From contig CP120462.1 in NCBI GenBank assembly GCA_034226945.1, positions 558,001 through 622,000 of the forward strand: 64,000 bases of DNA. The letters run 5' to 3'. Positions 34,324 through 45,541 of the stretch are shown piece after piece; the first letter of the stretch is position 1, and each line of letters starts with the position of its first letter. This stretch comes from Picochlorum sp. SENEW3. Taxonomy: Eukaryota. The notes under the pieces are model-generated. The model saw nothing but the letters and a program-made list of their open reading frames with translations. It did no database searches and was not told where the DNA came from. Both the position numbers and the translations under genes were made by a program.

Positions 34324-37206
34324 TTATTCATGGTGTTTTATTATTTCTGCAGGGTTGTCGGTTGACGCCACCTCAAAGTCATGGGGCTGTTGGCCTTGTT
34401 CATGAATCTCCCACATGTGCAGGTATGCTCTTTCCAAATCTTTGACATAGGTGCTCGTGTCAAAGAGTGGGCATGACAGCCTGGCTGCTCCAAGTTTATT
34501 GCGTACCTCTTCTCGATAGGGTCGATCGAGTCCGAATCTGATTGCCATGGATTCATATGTGTCCAGGTCATTGGCAATCATGTGGTGGCCGAGGCCTGTT
34601 GCCTGGCACAGCGACGCCCCGACTCTAGATGCCATTCGCTCAAGTGGCAATGTGACCATGGGACAGCCTCCCCAAAGGACGTCGCAGCCTGTTGTATGTG
34701 CGTTGCACAGAGGAGTGTCTAGAAACACATCTGCAAGCCCACTTCGAGCAATATGGATGGGTTTGTCTGCAACGTCTGTAAAGACTATTCTGCTCTGATC
34801 TATATTGAACTGTGATGCTGCAGCTCGAATTCTTGCTTCCCCTGCGGGTGGAAATCTCAGGAGCCACAGGATTGAATGAGGGACTGCTTTTAAGATTCTG
34901 CACCATGCTGCAAATGTGTCTGGATCATACTTGTACAACTGATTTGAGCACGAGTAAATGACTACTGTATCGTCTTCTGGTAATCCAATAGATGCTCTTG
35001 TTATTGAGAGGTTTGATGCTGTGGTGCCCATGTGAGCATGCTTGTAGTCGTTTGCAAAATAGGAATGGGGCATGTACACCACATTCTCTGAATAGCATTT
35101 TCTGCTTGATTCTGGACACACGACCTTGTCCAATACGATGTAATCGATGAATGTAGCTCCCATTGTAGCAGGAAATCCTTGCAGTGATATCTGTAGTGGA
35201 GCTGGTCTGTAGGCAAAGATTTCATTCTTTGCTCCTTTGGTATACCCGTTGAGGTTGACAGCAATATGCACTGCATCCTCTGCAATCATCCGTGCAGCTT
35301 TGATGGGACTGAGATGGGAAATATCACGGAATATATCGGCTTCTCTTTTGACTCGTGCAAAGTATGGTGATCCGTCGTCGGGACTGAGGGAATAGCAAAA
35401 AGACCTCACTTGTCCTCTGCCGCTCTCTCTGTGCATTCCAAACACACTCCCCATGAGGTGAGAGAGCGGGTGATTGCCAAAGTCTGACGAAATATATGCA
35501 ATTCTCAATTCTTCTTCTGTGCCCAACGATGTTGGATGCAATGCTTTGAGTGCTCTGGTGAACTCGAAAAACTCATCTTTGGAGCTGCAAAGTTTTTCTG
35601 CACTCTGTATGCAATGTTCTGCATACCTCTGACTTATTTTCAATGCTACTTCTGATGATACTGGATACGACAATGCGTGAAAAGGCTGAACTGTTGGGAG
35701 AATATTATGATCAATCTCCCATGCAATTTGTGACTGCAATGCAGAAAACATACCACGTCTATCTGTCCAGTCACAGACAGATTGCAGGCTATGAAACATG
35801 TTTGAAATAGCGTCTGGATGATTCGGCTGCAATGATAACGCATATTTGTACTGAATTATTGCTTCATCGTGATGCGAAAAGTCTTTATATGCAGATGCCA
35901 AGTTTATTCGTGCAGAGAGTGTGTGCGGTTGCAGCATGACAACCTGCTCATAGCAGGAAATTGACTCGGCCAATCTTCCTTCCAGTTTGAGTATACCACC
36001 GAGATTGTTATATACAGTAGACAACTGCGTGATAAATTTCTGTAAAGCATGGTGATTGTTCGTGTACAACTCTGATGATTGGCGCAGCAAATGGGCCAGG
36101 CAACGACTGTATGATGTGATGGCCTCATGAGCTTTTCCCATTTCCTTGTATGCATTCCCCATATTATTATGCGCTTCAATATTTCCTGAATCCAAAGACA
36201 GAACTTTTGAATAAACAACGATAGATTCTTGGTAGTGTTTTTGCAACAACAGGACACTCCCAAGACTTGCAAGCACCTCTGGGTTTGCATCCAAGGCCAA
36301 GGCTTTTTGTAAATGTACCAATGCCTGGTCATACTGACCCAACTCTCTATAACACACTCCCATGCTTGCGTAAATTCCGGAATCTCTCTTCATAATATTC
36401 TCAGCCATTGTATACATGGCCAGGGCATTTGCATAGTTACGCAGGTGCTCCTTCTGAATGTCACCCAGTCCCACATAGGCCAACCAACACGCCTTGTCCA
36501 CAGCAAGGGCAGATCGAAGCCAATAAATGCTTTGATAAACCCCTGAAGCTCCAAAAACATACCACAGGGTTCCTAGAGCACATTGCAAATGGCCTGTCTG
36601 TGGATTCAATTCAAGCGCAGCTTCAGACATCCAACCCTTGTGCACATATGCCACTGTCAAATTCTCCACGGCATCAAAAAGATCATATTTCAGTTCCAAA
36701 GATTTCAAATAATACGATATCGCTTCGTCCACTCGACCACGTCGAAAAAGTATGTTGCCGATTGTAGCATAGGCTTCAGCAGGGACATGTTCATTATTAT
36801 TCAACATGTGCATGTGTGTGTTCAGACTTGCATCCAGTTGGTTCATCCGGTATTCACACGCACCCAGCAGGAGTAAATTTTCTCGAAAACTTGGATACTT
36901 GGCTTTCAAACAAGCACATATATCCCTGGCTTTCTCATACGCTCCTGCCATGTATGCTGCCAATGCATCAGAAAACTCCTGCTGGTTGCATGCATTTGAA
37001 AAAATCATCCGTGGAGGCGTAATAGGTTTCAGGCGATACAAGTATGTATCATCATCCAGTCGATACCATGACGATGACATTATTTTGGACACTGTATCTT
37101 GGTTATACAAATACTGGTCTGGCAACACAGCAGTGTGCTGTGCTGTGTCCACCATGTTCAACCAAATGGTCTCTTCTTTATTCGAATGAAAGAACGCAGC
37201 CTTCAA
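34324..37206 (-). CDS. SEC: O-GlcNAc transferase (SECRET AGENT-like), TPR repeats + GT41; exact start uncertain
   Basis: Many TPRs; PTVQPFH, YISSDFGNHPLSHLM, NLNGYTKGA, NQLYK, WLLRFP, LDTPLCNAHTT, MASRV. Confidence 0.93.
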   Translation of the reverse strand: MKAAFFHSNKEETIWLNMVDTAQHTAVLPDQYLYNQDTVSKIMSSSWYRLDDDTYLYRLKPITPPRMIFSNACNQQEFSDALAAYMAGAYEKARDICACLKAKYPSFRENLLLLGACEYRMNQLDASLNTHMHMLNNNEHVPAEAYATIGNILFRRGRVDEAISYYLKSLELKYDLFDAVENLTVAYVHKGWMSEAALELNPQTGHLQCALGTLWYVFGASGVYQSIYWLRSALAVDKACWLAYVGLGDIQKEHLRNYANALAMYTMAENIMKRDSGIYASMGVCYRELGQYDQALVHLQKALALDANPEVLASLGSVLLLQKHYQESIVVYSKVLSLDSGNIEAHNNMGNAYKEMGKAHEAITSYSRCLAHLLRQSSELYTNNHHALQKFITQLSTVYNNLGGILKLEGRLAESISCYEQVVMLQPHTLSARINLASAYKDFSHHDEAIIQYKYALSLQPNHPDAISNMFHSLQSVCDWTDRRGMFSALQSQIAWEIDHNILPTVQPFHALSYPVSSEVALKISQRYAEHCIQSAEKLCSSKDEFFEFTRALKALHPTSLGTEEELRIAYISSDFGNHPLSHLMGSVFGMHRESGRGQVRSFCYSLSPDDGSPYFARVKREADIFRDISHLSPIKAARMIAEDAVHIAVNLNGYTKGAKNEIFAYRPAPLQISLQGFPATMGATFIDYIVLDKVVCPESSRKCYSENVVYMPHSYFANDYKHAHMGTTASNLSITRASIGLPEDDTVVIYSCSNQLYKYDPDTFAAWCRILKAVPHSILWLLRFPPAGEARIRAAASQFNIDQSRIVFTDVADKPIHIARSGLADVFLDTPLCNAHTTGCDVLWGGCPMVTLPLERMASRVGASLCQATGLGHHMIANDLDTYESMAIRFGLDRPYREEVRNKLGAARLSCPLFDTSTYVKDLERAYLHMWEIHEQGQQPHDFEVASTDNPAEIIKHHE

Positions 37207-37681
37207 ACGTTATTCAAGTATAGAAATGTATCTTCAATGGAATGCTGTGAAACAGTACTCATGTTGTCCCATTGAAAACTGTGCCTTTCTTGCTCTGTGC
37301 CAGGGTATGGCCACCTCCCCAAAAAGAACCCTGTCTGTATCGGAAAACAAATCATCCGGGTCATACACCGATCAATACAACGCATTGATACTTTATTCAA
37401 TACCACATAATGCTATTGATTGGTACACATACATCTATTTAATCGTAGGCATGAAAGAATCCTGACGGGATGATTCCTTCCTTCTTGAGTGGTCTTACGA
37501 ATGCCCAGTCTCGGGAACAGACTCTGTTCTTGCAATTTCAGCAATGAATGGCTTTAATGTGTTTCAAAGAAATATAAAATTGGAATCGCAGCAGTATGAG
37601 TACAGATTCACATATTGACTCATCAACGAGCCACGTCGGATGGCTCAATCACCACCCATGCTGCCTGGTCATGACTGTCAA

Positions 37682-40600
37682 TTAGGTCAATCTGAATTCT
37701 GACCTCAATTTCCAGACTCTGCCGTCCTGTGTCCGAACAAGCGTCGCTACTTGTCGAAGGAGTGATTTGAATAGATCAGGACTGATGGGACCTTGGTGTG
37801 CATTTCTCTGAAAGTGGGATGCAACTGAGGAGGAGGAGGCAGAGCCTCCTTGTGACTGCAGAAATGCAGCAATGCTCTCTGCAAGCTGCTTCCCTGCAGA
37901 TACGTCTGGGTTCTGGACGGCAAGCGATGCAGCTTCTTTATTCCTAGATCGTATTTTCGCAAGAATGGAGGATGATCTATTGTTTTGGTGGTTTCCTGAT
38001 CCAGAACCAGAAAACATTTGCCCAGGTGCACCTGCAGAACCAGATTTGCCAGTCCATGTAGGACAGGTGACTGGGGTGGATCGGAGCGACCTGCGTGAGT
38101 CTTGCAATGCTTTTGCTGCTTTTTCTGCAATCTTCTTGGCTTCTTTCTGCGCGATATTATTCTGCGGATTATGCGCACCCTCAATCTTGTCATGATCTAG
38201 TGCAGAATGTATTCCTGAATTGTCAAATAATTCCTTCAGGATAAAAGCATCCCCTCGCTCCTCCTCTGCGTTGTGTTCATTAGTTTCAACAATATCCTCA
38301 GCTTTATTCGCGATACCCATGGATTCCATCTCGGAAACAGTGCTTGGTTCTCCTTTTGCAGTTGATTCTAGTCGATCCAGATCATCCTTGTTATTCACTG
38401 CTGCTGTGGGCCCCAGTGAGGAAAATATAGCGGCTGTTTCAGTACCTTCTGCGTATTCGTCTCCGAGGGTAAAGAGATCTGATAGGTCTTTTGCCTTGAA
38501 GAACCTTTTCTGCCTTGGATCTTTGAGGACCTTGTCAGTAATAAATTGCTTGTACACCTGCCTATGATAGACTTTTTCTTCAATTGTTCCACTGACAATA
38601 AGCCTGTACACGGTAACTTCTTTGGTCTGCCCTATTCTCCATGCTCGCTCTCTTGCCTGAACATCGGTTGACGGATTCCAATCTGGGTCAAAGATGATGC
38701 ATTTTGATGCCCCTGTCAGATTGATGCCAAGACCTCCAACTCTGGTTGTCAATAGAAACAGACTAACACTGCTGCTTGAGTTGAAACTATCAATTAGCTT
38801 TGATCGTGTTCCAACTGGGGTGGATCCATCCATTCGATGGTATGTCCAACCTCGTTGGATGACCATCTTTTCCAAAATGTCCAGCATCTGCTGTGTTTGA
38901 GTGAAAACCAATGCCCTGCATGAAGGAGAAAAAAAAAAGACGTAGTGATATTTTCATCCTATGACTCTAAAGAAGATTATGGTATGAAACGTACTTTTGC
39001 TCATTCGCAATCCAATGGGCCAATACCTTGTCAAGTACAAGCATTTTTCCTGAGCGCTCTAGATTCCCATAGTCTTGTGTCGAGTCCCATGCTCCCTTTT
39101 CCAAGAGGTCGGGGTGATTGCATATTTTTCTCAATATATCAATACCAATCAATGCACCTCTATCACCGTTCAATATCTCTCCAAGCTCTTTTGAAGCCAA
39201 GTATGATACATACATGTCCCTTTGTACATTTGTCAAACTGCAGAAAAGCACTCGTTCTGTCTTTTTGGGGAGCGCTTGAGCCACGTCGGCTTTCTTGCGC
39301 CGAATCAAGTAGGGGGATACCATGTCTCGAAGTACAACAGCGCATTTATATGCCGTAGCGACTTGTAACGACGATGCATTAGCATACCCACCCTGTTGAA
39401 TTGGGATTGCAAACTGCGCCTGAAAGACAGGCAAGGTACCTAATTTGCCTGGAAATACAAAGTCAAATAGCGACCATAATTCTACTAAGCGATTTTGAAT
39501 CGGCGACCCTGAGAGTATGATGCGATGGACAGTCATGAGCTGCTTTGCTGCAAGGGTCACCTCTGCATCAGGGTTCCTAATCTTGTGCCCCTCATCCAAG
39601 ATGGCATACCCCCATTTCACACGTATCAGCTCCCGTTTGCATATTCTCAGATGATCATACGTTGTTATCAATATCCCAGCGCTTGATGAAGCAATTCGCC
39701 GTACGATATCAGATCTCGACAATGCACCCGAACCTTTTGATCTAGCACTGTCATGTAGAATGGCAACTCTGAACTCGGGGTACCATTCTCGCAACTCTCG
39801 AAGCCACTGTCGTAACATAGTAGCAGGACACACGATCAAGGAGGGTTTAAACAATCCACTATGGTGCAGACCTGCCAGGAATGCAGTGACTTGAATTGTT
39901 TTGCCAAGGCCCATCTCATCCCCCATGATACCTCCGGCCCTCTGTGTATGCAATTCCCAAAGCCACTTTATAGCAGTTCTCTGGTAATCAAATAACTTTG
40001 AATAAATATATTCGGGAATCCGATATCCACCCTGGAAGACAACATCCTGAGCACCTGCAGTGTCCTCGGCAGAGTACTTTGCAGCAACCTGCCTTTTCTG
40101 AAAGGTTTCCTCGTCCATATCATCATGCTGCCCACGAGCATCAATTTTATCATCTAAATCATCACTATGATTTCCAGACTTTGTGTGGTCTGGAGCAATG
40201 GATGAAAGCACAGAATCCCGTTTCATTTTGTGCTGTTTCCCTCCAGAGGAGGATCGCCAAAATGACTCATTCACCTTTCTTGCACTCTGTCGCGGTGCTC
40301 TTGGTAGCTGTGATGGATCCACAAGCTTTGCCGTCCTTCGAGATTCTCGCATTTCCTTGACTCGTTTCCCCACATCTGCGATAGAAGCCTCCTTGACTCT
40401 GTCTTCTCCCTCGATCCTCCTTTCAAATCCTCCAATGCTATCAAACGGAGTTAAAACACCCTACATTCATAATAATATTTGATACATACATTATAGTACG
40501 CACTATAACACAGATGTATGGCATGGTGTATGCATATTCGATAGGAAACAAGACGATGAAAAAAAAATATATGACACATACCAGGCGAATCAACCTGTCC

Positions 40601-41091
40601 CGCTCTGTCTCTATCAGTGATCCCCCCTTTCCCCCCCTCTTCGGACGAGCATCATCGAATAAATCTGCTTCCATCAGCTTCCCTGAACGTTCGCGCTCTC
40701 TCTTCCCAGCTCGAGCACCAGTAGTTGCTCTAATCTCATTGTTCACAGAATTCAAAAGTTCTGTATACTCACCCTCCAAGCTCGCCAAGCGCTCCTTCAT
40801 AACCGCTTGCTGCAGAGGATCATCCATCATCTTCATGGTATTTGCATTCTCACCTCCTTGAGAAGCATCATCCGCGTCCCCATCATTTTCACATTGCAAC
40901 GCTGACTTGAGTGCCCAGATTTCCCTCTCCAAGCCTTTCAGCCGCTCGCTCTGATCCACCACATCTTCATCATTCTCTTTAAAGCCAGAATCTTTGGCGA
41001 TGTTCTGATATATTTTTTCCTCAATAGAGGAAGCCTGCACAGACGCTACCGCTCCAAGACCCTGTGGGTCCAGCTCTCCCTTGTCCTCCAT
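37682..41091 (-). CDS. ERCC6: Cockayne syndrome B / Rad26 / CHR8 SNF2 helicase; 3 exons (41091-40582, 40460-38995, 38915-37682)
   Basis: [73 protein letters not shown]; both introns GT-AG and in frame. Confidence 0.95.
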
Positions 41092-41459
41092 AGAAATGCA
41101 ATGTATCACACGAGCAGCCCCAGCCTTTGATTATATAGACTCTTGAAAATCATAAAAGATAAACCGAGTGCCATGCATGCAATTTCTGCAGAACACAAGA
41201 CCGCTCAAACGTGTGTTCTTTGAGCAGTTGACTACCACACTAGTTGCACGCATGCAGAAACCATACGAGAGACTATAACCCCATTACATGTGTACTAATA
41301 CCATTATGATACATGCTGATACCGGACCCATGTGCTGAATATGAGTAAATACGCCATCATGAGGTCATCAGAACCATTTCAAATAAGAAATAGTATTTGC
41401 TCTTCAGCACGGTGACAGTACCAGCTCCGTCTACTTTCTAAAGAATAAAAAAATCTAAT

Positions 41460-42305
41460 ATGCTTCAAACTAAAAATAGATGGGGAGATTTGTTGGAGGA
41501 GGAAGAGCCTGTTCCGCCTCCAACGTCTTCAGGACCAGATGCCAAAGGAATTGTAACTCGGGTTGAATACTTCAGAAATGAAAAGGGAGACCTCATGAAA
41601 CGCACTACAAAGAGTAGAATAGTGAAGATAGAGAAGAAAATGTACAAAGCAGCGCCTGAGCGACGTGCGAATTGGACAAAGTTTGGAGATGCTGCGGTGG
41701 AACGGCCGACAGACGCCATTACGTCTCGCGCTCCCGAGGATGTTCCATTCGAGAGGCTCAAATCGAAGAAACAATCCCAAGAAGAGAAACAGAAGGAGGA
41801 CTTCCAGGTTGCGAATGCCGGGGACAATAAAGCGGCTGCGATGTCCTTGCGAGAGTTGTTGCACAAGAAGAGAATGGAGAGACAATTGCTCGCTGCCAAG
41901 GGATTGCTGGAGGTGGAGGCACCTCCTGATGAGTCACAAGGGGATGGTGGTTCTCTCCCATCTGCTGGTAGTAAAGGAGGGTATGTTCCTCCATCGTTGC
42001 GTAACCGCGGGAATGCAGAGGGTGATTCTATGCAGAAGAAGAGGGATGAAAACTCTGTCCGCGTCACCAATTTGTCGGAAGATGTTGTGGAGCAGGATCT
42101 TTTGGATCTTTTCGGACCATTTGGGCATGTGCAGCGTATATTTATTGCCAAGGATAGGGAGACTGGTGAATCTCGAGGATTTGCATTTGTCAACTTTGCA
42201 CGACGTGAGGATGCACAGAATGCAATCAATACATTGGATGGCTTTGGATATGCAAATTTGATTCTGTCTGTGTCGTGGGCGACTCCTAGGGAAAATAAAA
42301 ATTAG
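41460..42305 (+). CDS. EIF3G: eukaryotic translation initiation factor 3 subunit G
   Basis: WTKFGDA, YVPPSLR, RRM NSVRVTNLSED, SRGFAFVNF, GFGYANLILSVSWA; TGTAA at 42324. Confidence 0.95.
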   Translation: MLQTKNRWGDLLEEEEPVPPPTSSGPDAKGIVTRVEYFRNEKGDLMKRTTKSRIVKIEKKMYKAAPERRANWTKFGDAAVERPTDAITSRAPEDVPFERLKSKKQSQEEKQKEDFQVANAGDNKAAAMSLRELLHKKRMERQLLAAKGLLEVEAPPDESQGDGGSLPSAGSKGGYVPPSLRNRGNAEGDSMQKKRDENSVRVTNLSEDVVEQDLLDLFGPFGHVQRIFIAKDRETGESRGFAFVNFARREDAQNAINTLDGFGYANLILSVSWATPRENKN

Positions 42306-42333
42306 CCTATTGTATTAAATACATGTAATTGTT

Positions 42334-44082
42334 CTATGCTTTAATGCCAAGTTTTTTTGCAAGGCGTTGCTTTGCAGAAGCATGCTTCTTGGTGGCCGGC
42401 GCACGGTTTCCTAGAGGAGTCACTCCAGCTTTTTCCAAGGGCTTGGGGTGCGCCTCGTCATCAAACTTCTCCGCGGCCATTGAGAAGGGAGTGTGCATCT
42501 CTGTTGCTTTTGGTGTTTCATCGCAATGCTCGCATATATCCTCCTCATCCTCAAGAATCTGCATGCAACCCACATCTCCTGGTTGTTTTGAAAATATTGT
42601 TGACCCACGGTCACGAGTCATTGGTGCATTCTGACGACATTCTGCTGCACATACGATCACTGCAGCAAGGGATTTCATGCTTGCATCCAAGGCATGAAGT
42701 TTGATGCATTGCATGAGACTGTAATGCTGCAATATGACGCACAACTGCCTCAAACAAGACATTCTTTTTGTTTTATTCAGGGGCAGTTTTATAGAGGTGT
42801 GCCTGTCTATCAATTCGACGGTGCGATGGGTATCCAAGGCCTTCTTGTCATGCTCCTTTTCGTTGCTGGTATCAGGAAGCCGTAAACGAATCTTCTTAGG
42901 ACTAGGACATGGGGATTCAAGATGCGTTCTAGGAGACCGAGATAACTTAATTTTCAGGCTCGAGCGAGGTGATTCAGCAGTGTTCTTTTCTGGCTCATCA
43001 TGCCGATTCTTCTGTAGGTTTAGGGATGCATTGCTACTTGGTGGATTCCCTTCTGGGGCAATGCCCAACCTTGGGTGTTTCATTCTGTCAGATACACACG
43101 AATAATAGTACGACATAAGTTCGGTCCTCTTCCTCTCCACCATAGATGCCAGCAGCACGTTCTGATCAAGTTCTTCATTCAACACATCCCCATACAACCC
43201 TGCAATATCCCAATACAATGCTTTGCTCTTTCTGACACACGAGTCTTCAATGATTTTAGTATTTATTGAATCCCGAGCAATGCTGTGAGGAGCAACCTTC
43301 ATTTCAATCTCTAGCGCATCAGGTTGAATGTAGACACCTTCAACAATGACAGAAGGCTCTTGGCACACCATAGCAACGATCCAACCAGTAGGAACCATTA
43401 GAACCTTGTCATCATCTTTTTGAAGCTCAATCTTGATAGCCCCATCAAGAAAATCAGACAAACATGTATCTTTCGTGGGATACCACAACCCAAATTCTCT
43501 CAGATTGGAGTCAGATGGAGGTGCCATGCATACCATCACAGATCCATGCACTACTTGAAGCCATCGAGCTCTCCCAACACGACCACCAAAGTTGAAATCT
43601 ACGATACTATCTTTGGGAAGCAACATGACTCTATTCGCTTGCTGATTGTATCCCATAATAATTTGATTACTGTCTCTCTGCACCTCAAGGTGCAATGCCA
43701 TCACATCCAGAAAACGTTGGCTAATCGCCGCACAGCCAAGCACAAGACCATATGAACCATCTATTCTATTATCATTCACGGCAAGCCATCTCTGCACCCG
43801 GTCAAGAACATTCGACGCAGTCGCATCAATTTCAGCTGCATGAAATACCTCACCCCTGCATGAGCATGTCAATTCAAACACGTCCTCACAGACGGATCCT
43901 TGTCTGTTATCTAGAGAAGAGAGATCATGGTGTCCTTCTATAGCATCGCCACGGTCACACAAGAGCCATGGGATGGCACTGCAGACAATACCCTGAACCA
44001 CTCGAGGGTACCCACCCGTATCACATCCTGCAGGATCATTCCCAACACCCATCGCATCAAGTGCCTCCAAACGATGCTTCAC
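42334..44082 (-). CDS. JmjC-like protein (KDM7/PHF8/JHD1-related), probably catalytically inactive
   Basis: KDSIVDFNFGG...WLQVVHG...APPSDSNL..F..W and LMVPTGWIVAMV...SVIVEG align by eye with the JHD1/KDM7 JmjC core; C-terminal SAKQRLAKKLGI. Confidence 0.65.
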   Translation of the reverse strand: MKHRLEALDAMGVGNDPAGCDTGGYPRVVQGIVCSAIPWLLCDRGDAIEGHHDLSSLDNRQGSVCEDVFELTCSCRGEVFHAAEIDATASNVLDRVQRWLAVNDNRIDGSYGLVLGCAAISQRFLDVMALHLEVQRDSNQIIMGYNQQANRVMLLPKDSIVDFNFGGRVGRARWLQVVHGSVMVCMAPPSDSNLREFGLWYPTKDTCLSDFLDGAIKIELQKDDDKVLMVPTGWIVAMVCQEPSVIVEGVYIQPDALEIEMKVAPHSIARDSINTKIIEDSCVRKSKALYWDIAGLYGDVLNEELDQNVLLASMVERKRTELMSYYYSCVSDRMKHPRLGIAPEGNPPSSNASLNLQKNRHDEPEKNTAESPRSSLKIKLSRSPRTHLESPCPSPKKIRLRLPDTSNEKEHDKKALDTHRTVELIDRHTSIKLPLNKTKRMSCLRQLCVILQHYSLMQCIKLHALDASMKSLAAVIVCAAECRQNAPMTRDRGSTIFSKQPGDVGCMQILEDEEDICEHCDETPKATEMHTPFSMAAEKFDDEAHPKPLEKAGVTPLGNRAPATKKHASAKQRLAKKLGIKA

Positions 44083-44862
44083 CTTGCCTCTCCCCCAATG
44101 TATCCCTGCGACACAGTCAAACAGATGCCATCTCAGTCAGTCAGTCAGTCAGAACCCACAAGGGCACGTTCGGTCACAGGACTGTTTCACAACCCACCTC
44201 CTTTTCCTCCAAATTCTCCCTCTATATTCATCTCAATTCAACCTTTGAATAATAAAAGAGCATGGTATTGACCAATGACGCCCTGGTGTCTGATATCAGT
44301 GTATCCCGTTGACGTTTGACGAGACCCTGACCATGTCGACAATGAGCTCGACCTGGTTTCACACAATGCAACAGGTATAGATATCAGCCGTATCACATAT
44401 AATTCTGTATCTAATTCTTAAATATATAGATGTCGTATCTGTCGAGAATGGATGCAAGAACAAACCGTGACGGACTCGTCCAAGTACAGGGCGCCTCCGG
44501 AATAGCAAAGGACTGCGAGGAAAAGAAGTCCAGAGAGAGAGACCTACGGCAGCTGCAGGCGCATGGAGGTGTCAATCCATCCCATGGATGGACACAGTGC
44601 AATGGCAAGCCCCACACTCTTCCTTCTGCCATACAAATACCGTACATGTTTGTGTTACACGCAATGATGATGCCTCATGGCTCATGAATGGCATCCAATG
44701 AACAAGAAAGAAAAAACTGCAGCAACCGACATCATACAGTGTGTGACACACACACCAGTGAGCAGAGTATAATTTCTTCTCCGATGAAATGTTTTAGTAT
44801 TTTTTGAGCCATTGGAATGGATCATCGCATTCCTTTTCTTCTTCTCTTCCTCTCTCTACTCT

Positions 44863-45284
44863 CTATGAGAGCTTGCCATCAGAAATCTCACCCTTGAGTT
44901 TTTCCAGAACAGCCTGCTTTCTCTTTGGAGAGACACCTCTTTTCTTTGTACCCTCCATTGAAAAACTGCTCATGCTTGCAAATGAACCGTTCTTTGGGGC
45001 ACCTCCGGCCTGAGCTGCTCCTGGAGCAGCGAGGGCACCAGCGGCAGTCAACAAGGCTGGAAGCCACATGGCTTGCCTTCTGGAGACCTCAGAGGGGCTT
45101 GCCATGGCAACCACGCATGGCTGTCTTCTGCTGCTTCTCTGCATTCAGATACAGTATTCAAGATGGTTACATATGATGTATGACGAACGTAGTCAATATG
45201 AAGGACAATCGGCGTGTCGACGATACGTACCACAGCGCTTGGTGCCAGAGTATTGGCTGGTTTCGTCGCAAACGTAATAGCCAT
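44863..45284 (-). CDS. small thylakoid-lumen-targeted protein (bipartite transit peptide, Tat RR motif); 2 exons (45284-45231, 45138-44863)
   Basis: Intron 45230-45139 (GTACGT...TGCAG); MAITFATKPA...SRRQAMWLPALLTAAGALAAPGAAQA followed by ~47-aa basic mature peptide. Confidence 0.8.
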
Positions 45285-45541
45285 TGTGAGTAATTGAGCG
45301 AGGATAAATAGTACGTTATCAAACGATACTGTTTTATGAGTAAATATATGGAGATGAGCGTGTCGAACATGGATTTCATATCCGGGATTGAACTTAAGCC
45401 TCAATTGCGGTGGAGATTGCAGTTATGCTGCATTGGCGGATAAGGTCGGTCGAATCGACTCGTTCATCGGATGCTAGGATATTGTTACCCAATTCCTTAT
45501 GAAATGAAATTCCTTATTTTTTAGCACTAGTAGTAATAGTA

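Noticed and set aside
31340..41091. Apparent DNA-repair cluster (SprT/GCNA, CSB, plus photolyase at 63 kb)
   Set aside because: Interspersed with unrelated genes; no evidence beyond chance in a gene-dense genome
41465..42229. 254-aa antisense ORF, and many similar shadow ORFs in the track
   Set aside because: Antisense to well-supported genes (here eIF3g); explained by codon bias, no motifs
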